Positions 1-12,746 of a stretch of DNA of 64,000 nt are shown here, one piece after another. The stretch is from Lytechinus pictus (taxonomy: Eukaryota). Where the stretch lies: NCBI RefSeq assembly GCF_037042905.1, contig NC_087251.1, forward strand, positions 34,536,001-34,600,000, written 5' to 3'. Position 1 is the stretch's first letter, and each line of letters starts with the position of its first letter. Position numbers and translations under genes: made by a program. A model generated the notes under the pieces. The model made no database searches. It was not told the DNA's origin and worked only from the letters and a program-made list of their open reading frames with translations.

Positions 1-999
1 GATTTCTGGTTAATTTATTCTGAAGAATTGTTACAGAAATAATGACACAAAATGGTACTGTAATTCAGGAATGATAGTAAAAGTTTATTACATAAAGCAA
101 ACTAATGTTTGTACAAATACGCATTCTGTAATGGTAAATTGTCATTCATTTTAATACGATATATGAACAAATATCAGGAAAATGTGATATTAATACACTG
201 ATTTGTACACTTTACAATGTGGCTTACAGAATTTATATTTCAAACATGCTGAAATGTATATTTTAAGACAAATATAGAATTATTACAGTAAGATGAAAAC
301 AAAAACTGCACAAATTTGGATTATACTGTGCACGAGTGTATACAGGACATACGTTTGTGCACATGGAGACGGCTTATGAATATTCATATACATGTACAAT
401 TGTACATTATGTATCGTAATTTGCATAAATTTGCATATACATGCAAATATTTGTCATCAAAATAAACTCCTCATCTTGCAGATTTAACTTAAAAGAATAA
501 TTATTTTATTCCTAAGAGTTCAGACTTAATTGTACTGTTATAACTGACAGGCCTTATTTCCGTCATTGGTTACAACACAGTTTATGACAATTTTTACCCA
601 AAAAGGTGAAATATTAAATTCACAAAAAATACAACTTTTAGTCAAAAGTATGACATAATTATGACATGCATGTATTGCTGAAGAGTTGCTCTAAAATCTT
701 GTAATGCTTGTGTGAAGAATTTCTAATAATAAAATGCAAATAGTTGTCAACAAAAGTGGAAAATCTGAAAATTTCTATATATTTTGTGTATTATAATTAG
801 CTCATTAATATTCATAACTTAATTTGCATACGTAATTATGCAAAAATATTCATATTTTTAAATTCTACACATTCTAAGCTTTCATATGGCATATAGGTTT
901 ACATACTCTCCTCCATAAATTTTGCACCCTATACCCACTTAAACAGGAGTAAGACAATTACATATGCAAATTAGCAATATACCCCTGAACAGTTAAGAG

Positions 1000-1275
1000 T
1001 TAATTGTTGTTTCACTTGACAATGAGGAGAAAATTAGAATATTTCATATTTCATATAATAAAACACAAAAGAAATAGTGAGTGGATGACGTCATAGTCTC
1101 CTCATTTGCATACCAGCTAGGATGTGCATATAACTGTTTTGTGAAATTAAGCGAAACTTTAAAATGTCATAACTTTCTTATTTTACATCCGATTTTGATG
1201 AAATTTTCAGTGTTATGCTTGTTGGATTTTTCTCTTTTTATTCAAATCAACTTTTTGTTGAGGTGGACTTGTCCT
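1000..1275 (+). mobile_element. Truncated copy (one arm) of TTAA-flanked Kolobok-like MITE
   Basis: Near-identical to ~8810-9084; ends GGTGGACTTGTCCT|TTAA. Confidence 0.85.
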
Positions 1276-1780
1276 TTAAAAGGCAATTTCTTTTGAGGAA
1301 AATTAGGTAGTTGAGATGCGCACCGAGGTGATCACCTTCAACGCCTTGGGATAACACAAGGTCTGGGTCAGAGGTCACATTTGATATTACACATAAAAAT
1401 AAAAATACATGATTTGATAAGTCCAATTCAAATTTGGCTCATGTATGCATCAGTGACAGTGATCTGATTTGAATTTGGGTTCACAAGGTCAAAGTTCCTA
1501 CAGGTCATTGCTCGTTTCCAGTGAATCACTTGGAATTAATCTTGGTTCATAAATGCATAGGGTAAGATCTGATTAGATTATGAAAGTTTTTGAAAATTTA
1601 GAAGTTTGAATTCAAAACTTCAATTCTGGCAATAAGGGAGACATACATTTAGTTTGAGTGCAGTTGATAATTCATGTAGAATCACTTTTTTCTGATGATA
1701 AAACCTTTTATGCCATTTTCAACTCTTCTGTTTGGGATTTACCAGTAGTTCCCTATATTCTGTGAATCCTGTCATATATA

Positions 1781-2830
1781 CAGCGCGTCCCAAAAAAAAT
1801 GTCCCTCTGACATACGGCTGAATTAATTCCAAAATATAGTATCATATTCAATTAAATGAACAGAACTAGAAAGCTCATTTCATAACCTAACTTCTATAAA
1901 AATTTAATCGGTCTCGCTTCAGCGGTTTTGAATACACATTCTGTTATGTAACAGTGGTAAATTTCAGCCCATTCCAAGTTTGCAGCAATGCAGTATTTAT
2001 GCACTGCCTCTAGCATGTTAACCCCCATTTAACATCCAGGATCTGAGCAGGGACAATTCCCTGATCTGACCAGGCTGATCAAATCACAAACATGAGCATG
2101 TTCAGAAGGGAATGAAATAACCATCATGAAGATTTCTTTATGATTGATATGGGGAATAGATGTATCAACCTGAAAAAAAGTGGATGAGTACAATGAGCTA
2201 AACAATGATAGACAAATCACAAGTGTAACTTTACAAATTCGAACATTAACAGTGGAAATTGACTTTTTTAATCAAATAGGTAAATTAACTTGACCTCAGT
2301 AACTTAATAACAAATTATTAATGCAACAAGAATGCAGTACATGTAGTTGAAATGAGTGATACATTGAACAAGGCCTGAAACAGGCATGACCTATTGTCTC
2401 CACCAGTGTTGCATTTAACATTATCAAACTTGCAATGGACTGTCCAGCATTGGTGTAACATTTCTTGACCTACTAAACATGCTCAAGGTTGCGATTTGAT
2501 GAGCTAGGTTTGATCATGGGTTCATGGGGACTTCCCTGGTCAGATTAGGGAATTCCCTTGTCAGATTTTTGGAGGATCAAAGGGAGTTGATATGCTAGAC
2601 AGTGCAGAACATACAGCATTGCTGCATGCAAACTTGGAATGGGCTGAAAAGCACGACTGTTACATAGTAGATTGTATATTCAAAACCGCTGAAGCGAAAC
2701 CAATGAAATTTTTACAGAAGTTAGAATATGAAATGAACTTTCTAGTTCTGCACATTTAATTCAGAATAATACATAATTTTAGAATTAATTCAGCCGTTTG
2801 TCAGAGGGACATTTTTTTTGGGACGCGCTG
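1781..2830. mobile_element. Non-autonomous Tc1/mariner-like DNA transposon with long TIRs
   Basis: TA|CAGCGCGTCCCAAAAAAAATGTCCCTCTGACA ... TGTCAGAGGGACATTTTTTTTGGGACGCGCTG|TA; imperfect inverted similarity extends ~300-350 bp; no transposase ORF. Confidence 0.9.
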
Positions 2831-3184
2831 TATATATTTATTCATGACATTCTTGATTGCTGTACATATATCAAGATGGATAAATTTGATGTATTCAAAC
2901 TTGAGTCTGAGTACAGTCTGTTGTAAGTCGATAAATTTTCAATTTAAGATGGATAATCTGCTAGATATGAATGTACTTCATTATTTTCTCGACCTTTTCT
3001 GCACCCAACTAATTCAGACTGTAATTGATGAGCTGTGATAAAATCTAAAATAATGTTGGTGATTTGCTGAAGTGGTTAGAAAAATGAGAAATGCTAAAAA
3101 ATTAATTGACAAGATTATAAAAATGGTCTGATATTTGCAGTTTAGAAATTGAGAGCAATGTATGATTAGTATGTGACATTCCAT

Positions 3185-3275
3185 TTTTTGAGTTAGCTTT
3201 TGAGAAAATGGCACCAAGACTTTGGAACAGCCTTCCCCACGATATCGGGGGCCAACTATAAAAATCAAACTTAAT
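3185..3275 (+). mobile_element. Short L2-like LINE fragment
   Basis: LAFEKMAPRLWNSLPHDI, a typical L2 ORF2 C-terminal motif. Confidence 0.6.
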
Positions 3276-3809
3276 TTTCAACCAATCCAACAGCATGTAT
3301 CTGGAACTTACGCTTGATATTTTGACTTGAGTTACTCTTTCGGCAATGTACCCCTGATCACTAACAGACTTTGGCAGATTCAAATCTGTGTTAAAAACCT
3401 ACCTTTTGTAAGAAACACTTGTCTCATTTTTCAGTTGAAACATCAGATTTCCACACACATATACCATATAAAGGTAACACTCTGCCTAAGTCACCCTTCC
3501 ATATGTTGCATAATCACCCAAGACCAAGCAATTTTAAGACCAGATTATTCAAAACATGTGTTATATATACCTATTCAAATTTGAATTTCTCCTGAATCAA
3601 ACAGATTTCTGTGATCCAAAAAGATTTGACTTAGGCAGTTTCATACTTGTATATGGTGTTATGTATGTCTAAGAATTAAGTATAAATATTATTAATTAGT
3701 ACATTGAATATTTCCAACAATTTCATGAACAGACATTATCCTACATTATGTTTTTATTCACAGATCTTTACAATATAATGTTAACTCTCTTGTAATTTTT
3801 ATTTCACAG

Positions 3810-4008
3810 TTCCGGAGTCATTTATTGAGCACGATGCACCACATCACTCCAATAACGGTCCTCAACAGCACAATTATTACATTGTAATTGGTGTTTTAGC
3901 GGGTGCGCTCTCAGTTGCCATGAGTATAATTGCCATCTGTGTGTGCTGGTTACAAAAGGGTACGAATCCGAGGAAAATTCAGCCAATAGCAGGAGGTGAT
4001 GATGACAG
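3810..4008 (+). CDS. Penultimate exon of unidentified single-pass transmembrane protein
   Basis: Acceptor tttttatttcacag and donor AG/gtaag; open frame PESFIEHDAPHHSNNGPQQHNYYIVIGVLAGALSVAMSIIAICVCWLQKGTNPRKIQPIAGGDDD(R) with a ~23-aa hydrophobic helix followed by basic residues. Confidence 0.8.
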
Positions 4009-4953
4009 GTAAGAACAAGACTTTGAAAAAAAACTTTACAGTTTGTGCATAATTGTTAATTATGCAAACAAGACTAGACATAGTTCTGAGTGCATGTAAC
4101 AATAATCTTATCATTAGACCTCACTCAGTAACAGGCCTTACATATACATTTGTGCCAAAGTAGTAGACAAATCCTTGTATACAGTGTTCAAGATACGCAA
4201 CTTTTAAGAAAAGTGAAGTTGGTTTTCAAATTTTCTTTGACAATTCGGATTTCAGACATTGTATTTATTATTACTAGTTTATATTCCTTTTGATTCAATG
4301 TCATAGAATTCTTTAGGAAAAGAGGATCGAAAGTTCATGTCATATCTTTATTTGTTTTGCATTATATTTGTCATCAGAGTTGAGTTAGATCATATGTCTG
4401 ATGAATGCATCTGAACAGATGATTAAGGTAGTGGTTCTTAAGTGAAGAAGAAAAAAAACAATGTTTGTGTTTTTTATTATTCAAACAAATGCTGTGTTGC
4501 CACAATATCCCCAATAAAAATACTTCTATCTCTTCAGCGAAAGTCAGTGTTTACTTCTTCAGTAAAATTTGAATGTTTAATAGTATAGCATGGAGGAATG
4601 AATGTTAAGTAAGTTTTCATCACCTAGGCAATTTCATGAAGAATGTTTGTGTAACTCTCAAATATTGGGGATCTCCCTAAAATCACATGTCTCTGTTTTT
4701 AGTTAATATAAAAGGTTTCAATGCTCTCAAATTATCAGGGTTTAAGCTGCTTAGTTTGTGAACTAAAGTAAGTATTGAGAAAGGGTGGTTGGACGTCCAA
4801 AAAGTTGATTATCCAATAACATTGCCTACCTTTAACTTTATCATTTAAAGTTGCTATCTATGTTAAAAAACTCTCTGCAGTAAACCCTTTCAGCTTAATC
4901 ATGAACAATTTAATTTTCATCTAATTTTTGTCTTTCTATCTTTACCCTCACAG

Positions 4954-5083
4954 ATTTTTCTACAACATCAGCAGTGTAACCAAACCTCGTCCATCGGTTC
5001 AAGCTATCTACGAACTAACGTCCCTAAACTATAACGCCCAGGTCGACGAGCCTCTCATTTCGCTCAAACCCAAGTCGATATAA
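4954..5083 (+). CDS. Last coding exon (cytoplasmic tail) of the same membrane protein
   Basis: Acceptor tttaccctcacag; phase matches previous exon; FFYNISSVTKPRPSVQAIYELTSLNYNAQVDEPLISLKPKSI*. Confidence 0.75.
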
Positions 5084-5397
5084 CGCATCCTCATACACTT
5101 CCTCAGCTGAATGTATCATAGTGTAGATAATCATTTATTGTGTGCTTGCCAATGTAACCATGTCTGTGGGTGGGTGATTATCACATTTTTATACCATTTC
5201 GACGTTGGAATATGTTGGTTTTATTTAGTTTTGATGTGCTTTTCAGGGAGGTGGTTTTAAGCAGTTTGGAAGTTATGCTTGACTGTACACACAACGGGTG
5301 GGTGTTTTCATAAAGCTGTTCTTATAGTTGCAAATGATTTTATGCATCACTGGAGCATGTTCTTTGGTGCTAAATCTGTTACATAGGGATATATCAA

Positions 5398-5695
5398 TTA
5401 ATTATAATGTACTGATTTGTATAGCACAGAAAGTATGTGCATATATCCTACTGCGCTGTAACTAAGAGCTTATGAAATGCTTGAAAACATATTTAGAAAA
5501 CGGGGGGGGGGGGGGGGGGGGGATGTATGCGAATTAATTGAAATGATAGGTTTTAAATCTAAGTTTGAACGTTTCTACTGAGGCAGAGGATCTAATTACA
5601 TACGGCAAACCATTCCATAACTTTGGGGCTGCACAGGCGATCTCCCAAAGTTATCTTTGTATTATAAGTGGGGATGTGAAGGAGCAAATTATTTT
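5398..5695 (-). mobile_element. L2-clade LINE 3' fragment inserted into a short MITE (~5297-5769)
   Basis: Minus strand reads ACAAPKLWNGLPYVIRSSASVETFKLRFKTYHFN*; MITE arms GGGTGGGTGTTTTCATAAAGCTGTTC / GAACAGCTATGTGAAC..TACCC flank it. Confidence 0.75.
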
Positions 5696-5790
5696 GCACA
5701 AGAAAAGGCAACCAGTCGTGCGTAAAGTCATTTGTAAGTTATGAACAGCTATGTGAACGGTCTACCCAGTGACCCTTTCACATGTTAAAT

Positions 5791-6007
5791 CAGGGGGTGT
5801 TTCACAAAGAGTTAAGTGCGACTTAGAGTCATGCTCAAATGCCAATGTGAACATGTTATTTAGCATGTAATCTAATTAATGGATATGTGGTAGTGCGCGT
5901 CCTGTGCGTTTGATCTGACCAAGACGGTGATGCATTATTTACTGCACGCACCTGAAATATAAGTGTGACTTTAATTCACACTTAAATCTTTGTGAAACAC
6001 CCCCCAG
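5791..6007. mobile_element. Short MITE (second copy inverted at ~9796-9994)
   Basis: CAGGGGGTGTTTCACAAAGA ... TCTTTGTGAAACACCCCCCAG. Confidence 0.8.
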
Positions 6008-7263
6008 ATTATCATTGATTTGTATTCCCACATACTAAATTCTTGTCTTCAACAATCAATTTAATACTTTTTAAAATTGAATTGAATAGTAGAAAGTTAA
6101 AACAGGGAAGAACGGTATACCTTACTTAGCGCAAATGAAAGGGTCACAAGTCGTCTGTAAAGTTGTGCATAACTTGTGAACAACTTCATGAAATGGCCCC
6201 CTGATCAATTTGATGTAGTTTGTATGTTCGGAAAGGATACATTTCTTTCTTTATAATATTTGGGTTTTTATAGCTATAGGGGAACTCATCCATGTGAGAA
6301 ACCCCCCCCCCCCCCCTTCCAAACATGAAATGGGGGGGGGGTGAATCTACTCATATGGCTGACTACAAGAATCTTCATATTTGTATTTCAAGAAGTAGGT
6401 TTGTGTAATTACAATTTAATGTTTGTCCCATTTAATTTGATATTGCTTATGAAATAGCCACACTCTCTATACCAAACAATTCCTTTAATCAAAACATTCC
6501 CTAAAATACAAGAATATCCATTAATACACGTACCAACCTTTTAGCATTCCATTACAAATATTCCATTGGTGCTTGTGTAAATTGTGTACTCTATCATGTT
6601 TCTTTAAGTTTGTTGATTGATTAATGGAAATGTGTAGAAATAATTTGAAATTGTTAGAAGCTAAATTATTTGTAAGGATTGCTATTGTATAAAGGGAAGT
6701 TTATGGGACCAATGCTATAGCTGTTGCTATATTCCTTTCTTATTTATGAATTTTTTACAAGAGGAGACTAGGTAAGGCTTTCATTCTGTTGAGTATTTTG
6801 GTTCATAAATATTAGGAAGCTAAAACAACCCTCAGATATTGATGTTGAATTTTATTTAATAATTTCTTCAAAAATCCTGCCTAATCTTTGATGACATTTC
6901 AAGAAATTAGGTAAAATAAGGGCAATGAATTTAAACTTGTATAATTTGAATCAACAGTTTTCAATTTTATTTTTCCCCAAAAAAAATTAAACTATAGGTT
7001 AAATGAATTCACATAGGGAAAACACAGAAAAGAATTAATGTGATTGCATTCAATAGGCATATATTTGCGTTTAACTTTTTATCGTGTAGGTATACTTTAA
7101 TCATCATGCAAAAATTGACCAATTGCTACCCCCAAAAAAAAATTAGTGGTGATATAAGAATGAGACCCTTATGTACCGTCCATAGTCTCTAACTGTTTAT
7201 AGGTATATAGGATTTGCATATACTTGGTCTACTAGCAGATGGTTGAAATATGAAATGTCTAAA

Positions 7264-7674
7264 AGCCACCACACATTTTACAACTGTTCCACGATCCGAT
7301 TTTTTAACAAATTACATTCAGCTCATTTTTTGAAAATGTGAACGAAAAGTATGTTTTTATTTGAGGTTCAAATTAACTGTAAGAATACTAATATAACAAT
7401 TTTGGAAGATTGCACAGCTATATTTTGGAGTGACGTCCAAATTAATTTCAAATTGTAGCCAATCTTACGATTGATATGTCATTATGACTGTATATTAAAT
7501 TTGCTTTATTTATAATAAGGATGATAGCATAGTTACAGATTTGAACATGGCTATTTGTACGATGATTTTGAATATAACACAGTAAGATATTCTATGTCTC
7601 AATAATAACATCAAATTCTACTAGGTTTTATTTCAAAATCAGGTTGCAGATCAATTGTAAGGTGTTCGGTGGCT
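7264..7674. mobile_element. MITE, probably PIF/Harbinger-like
   Basis: TIR AGCCACC-ACAC-TTTACAACTG mirrored by CAATTGTAAGGTGTTCGGTGGCT; TAA on the right flank. Confidence 0.7.
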
Positions 7675-7866
7675 TAAACACCGTCATGGCTTAACCTATT
7701 TGGTCTAATATCAATTATCAATGAAGTTCCATTGCCACTTTGTCTAATACTCACTTGAGCTAACTTTCAATTAGTCTATTGCGTATGTGGTCTAATTTCT
7801 ACTCTGTCTACTTTATCGCATTGTAGAAAATGAAAGTTTGTTCCTAAGCAGTTTTTGTAGTCATAA

Positions 7867-8266
7867 GGTGGTGCTGCACCAACCCGAGCTTGCTCAATCT
7901 CGAGATTTTAGCCTGATCGGCCCTTCTTCGCGATTAATCTCGAGATTCAAGACACCCCGTCTCAACCATAGCAAGAGGAGCGATTCGTGTTCGAGCGAGG
8001 CATCAATGCATTATGGTGTGACGCCGTGAATAAATAATCCCAAGTGCATTTACATCTGCGAATTAGCGGGATAATTCGTAAAATAGCGCGCTATTTTTCA
8101 AATAATCCCAAGTTGACATAGGATTGCAATCTCGAGATTAATCCAGCGAACTAGCGCGATATTTGCGTCTCCATTACAGATAATCTCGAGATTGTTCAGA
8201 TCGGGATAATTTGCCGGATCAGAAATAGCGCGCTAATTTGAAAATTCGGGCTGGTGCAGACGGCCC
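7867..8266. mobile_element. CpG-rich PIF/Harbinger-like MITE with internal palindromes
   Basis: TAA|GG..CTGCACCAACCCGA ... TCGGGCTGGTGCAGACGGCC|TAT; four copies of AATCTCGAGATT. Confidence 0.75.
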
Positions 8267-8532
8267 TATATAGACTTAGTCGTGTAACTGAAGACCAATT
8301 AAATATTAGATGAAATGGTGTAGACTAATTGGAAATAAGACAATAAGGTAATGGCTAAGTTGCAATTAGACCAAATGGCACGTAGATATGCACTGGTTGT
8401 AGACAAGTTAAATTAGACCATGTGGGTAAAGTCAAGACCAAGTGGCAATGTACCACATAGAGACTATATGGTAGGAATATTTCTATTAGTGTAAGCAGGT
8501 ATTTGGTAGGTGTTTCATTGAGCTGTTATTAA

Positions 8533-9084
8533 AGGTCAAGTTCACCCCAGGAAAATGCTGACTTGAATGAATAGAGAAAAATCAAAATAGCATAGTGCTG
8601 CAAATGTCATCGAATTCGGATGTAAAATTAGAAAGTTATGACATTTTAAAGTTTCGCTTATTTTTAAAAAAACAGTGATATGCATAACTAGGTGAGTCAG
8701 TCGATGATGTCCGGCACTCACTATTTCTTCTGTTTTTATTGTTTGAATTATACACTTGACTGAACCACATAGTATTAAACAATGCTAATTCATGTTCAGG
8801 GTGGAATTAATTGTTCTATCACTTGACAATGAAGAGAAAATTAGAATATTTCATATTTTTCATATGATAAAATACAAAAGAAATAGTGAGTGGTTGACGT
8901 CATAGTCTCCTCATTTGCATACCAGCCAGGATGTGCATATAACTGTTTTGTGAAATTGATCGAAAGTTTAAAATGTCATAACTTTCTTATTTTACACCCG
9001 ATTTTGATGAAATTTTCAGTGTTATGCTTGTTTGATTTTTCTCTTTTTATTCAAATCAACTTTTTGTTTGGGTGGACTTGTCCT
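8533..9084 (+). mobile_element. Kolobok-like (T2-type) MITE, full length
   Basis: TTAA|AGGTCAAGTTCACCCC ... GGGTGGACTTGTCCT|TTAA; AGG termini with TTAA duplication. Confidence 0.88.
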
Positions 9085-12037
9085 TTAAAGTTACGGATGG
9101 CCTTACACAAGTCTTGAGCTTGTTCTGAGGTTCTAAGTCAGTTACAAGGATTGCATATAGCACAGAAAAAGACATCAGCCATGCGTTAAGTAATTTATTG
9201 CCTATGAACAGTTTTGTGAAACACCCATCTAGTTGCTTGACTTTATGGTGAAGCAATAGAGAGCCCTTCAGTTGCCATCCAGCTTTGGATCAAAACTAAG
9301 TTTCATCAAACTTCTTATCATGAGCCAATCATGAGGTGCCATTTCAGTAGGTTATAAAAGTATCATGTTACTTGCCATTAATACACTAAGGATGGAAGAT
9401 GATAATTTTGTTTTGATTTTTCAGAAAATGTCCAAATTTTTTATTATTTTCTTTGTATGACATGAATTATAAGGTTTTACCATTGCCCAATTTTAGGGCA
9501 AATCCCTTATTCTTTTCATGAAATATGGTTATCTGAAATATGATAGTTTTATCGTGCATTATGAAGGCTTTGAAAACTAGTAAATATACATGAATATGAT
9601 CTTTACTTAGATCAACAACATTATTATTCTTGTTACTTAATTATCTTTATACAAGATGAGCCATTTGGTAGTAGGATTCTAATTGGTCAGATGTGCTGTC
9701 ACTGAGCAATTCATATGATGATGATGGCATATGTCATATTGTCATGATGTTGGATAAAACAACAATATCTGCATGCTTGCTTGCGTTTGTAATACCAGGG
9801 AGGTGTTTCACAAAGATCGAAGTATGACTTAAATTCGCACTCAAAATTCAGGTGCATGAGGTATATATATGCATCACCGCATTGGTAAGATCATGCACTA
9901 TCCATTAATCATATTACGATTTGAATATCATGTGCACGTTGGCATGTAAGTATATGACTCTAAGTCACAGTTAACTCTTTGTAAAATATCCACAGAACCT
10001 AAGGTGCACATGAATTAAGTTACATACTCACGTACTCCATAATGTGCTACCTGCTCTGCTTACAATTTTTTTTTTACTGCCAATGCGACCTAACATTGAC
10101 TGCGCTTTATAAACACTGAATGGGCTTTTACACTTTGATTGATGTTCTAAACTTAATGATATGTTGAACTCCTGCAAATGTATGATATAATACACATTGT
10201 ATGCTTATCACATCATGGGCATTCACAGACCCAGAATTTCTCTTGTGAATCATGTATCACCTTTGTCTATGACCTCTATGGCATATGATCCCCTTTCAGA
10301 ATTCAAAATCCATGAATATCCATATTGTAGTATATTCTACTACAGAACATGCATGAAGTTTATGATATTGCTCAATACTGATGAAATTATGTGTGTTATA
10401 GGGGTTAGATAACATTTATTTTATTATCTGATCATTATTTGGGTCTCATTATTTTCTCTTGTTTAATGGAGGTATGTTCCAAAGTTGCAAATATTTTGTT
10501 AAGATATCATGACATGATATGTGTGCTTGTTATTATTCAATGTTCATTTTTATGTATTCCATTGTGAGGCAACATTGCTACTGAATATTTTCATTCCTTT
10601 ATTTGTAGTCTCCATGTAGTTGTATAAATGTGTTTATAGAAGCTTGTACAGTTTTTAAAAAAGAAAACAAAACATTTCAGGACTTGTATATAATATATTA
10701 TGAATGTTTGAATAATGAGGTATATAATAGAGATCTAATAATGTGATTTATTATGAATAATTGTCATTGTATTTTTTCTTGGTGCATTCATTGGCAGTAC
10801 CACAGTGTTTTTAAACAATAAGTTGTATAGTTTTACCTGGGGGTTATTAAATGATGATAATATTTTTTAAAACCCTTTTGTTACTCAAGGCCATGGATAC
10901 AACTCAATTTGCTGTTGATCCAAAAATGAATGCAATTTGATCTTTAGTATGATGTTACTGAGTTGTGGCTTTTAATCTATGAGGGTTGGTCTAGTGATTG
11001 GTCCGAGGCACTTGAGCAACTGTACATGTTAGTTGAGTGCAACTTCAGAATGAAAATCAAATTTGGCTGTGCAAAGAATTACTATGTAGTTGGAACACTT
11101 GTAGATGATATCACATTTGGAGTATGTCAAAGTCTCAAAAATATTTTTTTAAACACAATGTGCAAAGACTTGAATTGTTATAAGGTACAGTATAAAAGAT
11201 AACAACAATAATCATTATTTCTTGTATAACACTGACTACTTTAATATGTCTCAAATACTGCAAATACTCAGCATTAATGCAGGATCACTATCCTGACTTT
11301 AAAAGCTAAGTAGCATTTTCATAGACAAGGTAATTCAGAAAAATAATTAGAGACAATTATAACAAATTTAGAAAATTGATAACAGGGACCCATTTCATAG
11401 AGTTGCTATCATAGCTCTCAATATTCTTCTTGAATTGTAGACTGATAATTGTTTTGATTGATTTTTTTTCAAAATTAATTCATTAATTCAATTGCTTATT
11501 AATTTAATTGATCGTTATTGCTATTATTATTTTTGGAGGGGTGATGATTGTTACAACCTTAATGCTTTTTAATAATCATATTTAAAAATATAATTTCATT
11601 ACTGAAATATTGATTATAAATATATTATATTGAAGTATTGCGATTGAGAGTAGAGTGAGAGAGTAAAAGCATAATTTGTATCAATTAAAGTCATCATGTG
11701 TGTGTTATCCAATGAATATATCAGGTTATGTGAGAAATAGAATTCAATTTATTATGTTTCATAATGATACATAATAATATGTTGTGTTATGTGATTGATC
11801 AAGTTTCTTGTCTTTCAGGTATGTTGTACCGAAGGACACCAACACTTAATTTGTAATGATGAATGGTTGGGTTTTTTTTCTTTTCAAGAAGAATGTATGT
11901 GCCACTAAGTTTTATCATTATCTCAGTTTACTGTTTTTATTTTGTAATCAATATACAGACAAGTGTATTACTATAATTTGTAGTTCATCGGTTACTTTTT
12001 ACATTGAATTATGGAATTAGGTGTTGAGTTGGCAAAC

Positions 12038-12200
12038 CTGGTCCCCGTTGCATAGAAATTACTATTATGGTAACTTTGCCAGCCAATGGTAACTACCATG
12101 TTGACGATGATCAACAGCCAATCAGAATAAAGGATTCTATTGAACCTCCCATTGGATGGCAAAGTTACCATAATGGTAACTTTTATGCAATGGGCCCCAG
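12038..12200. mobile_element. Short MITE (second copy ~53426-53588)
   Basis: CTGGTCCCCGTTGCATAGAAATTAC ... GTAACTTTTATGCAATGGGCCCCAG. Confidence 0.78.
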
Positions 12201-12422
12201 TATGGAAGAAATGAAATATTCTATGGTGCTCAGTTCTTCTGATTATTTTCAAGCTAAAAATATCTTTGTATAAATGGCACACATCATAATCGGGATGTTG
12301 GTTCTCTTAAAAGTTATGTCGAGTACTACGTATGTTTTTGTTCCATTTTTTTATGAATGGTATTGTATCTATGATTCTATTACGCATAGTCTGTACAAAG
12401 ATGTAAAGCTCATTGAAGTGAG

Positions 12423-12428
12423 AATAAA
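12423..12428 (+). terminator. Possible polyadenylation signal of the plus-strand gene
   Basis: AATAAA followed by GT/T-rich sequence at the end of a long T-rich UTR-like tract. Confidence 0.35.
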
Positions 12429-12746
12429 ACATTGTAGTGGTTTTTTGCTATACATGTTAGCTGTCTTGTGTCTTCTTTGTTGCATTATACGAACAATTTC
12501 AGGTTGATATGATATCATAATCCTACATGAGTTGCAGTATACTGGTATAATTCCTGGGGTTTTTTTTCAATGAAACAAAGATGAGATTTGTTTGATAAAA
12601 ACATTTCAGCTTTAATCCTTATGTTTTAAATTAATTGATTTTTTTTTCAAGTAAGTTTACTGCAACGCATGTGGGATTATGATGTCATGCCCTGTCTTAC
12701 AAAGAGTTACAATTGATCCAATCAGTTGTAAATCTATGGAAATCCA

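Noticed and set aside
1081..1296. Apparent small protein family (also 8890-9117 and 61487-61717)
   Set aside because: All three ORFs lie in the TIR arm of the same non-coding MITE
6301..6342. Poly-C / poly-G hairpin, and other G-runs
   Set aside because: Homopolymer G/C runs are scattered throughout the window, and nothing indicates a specific function
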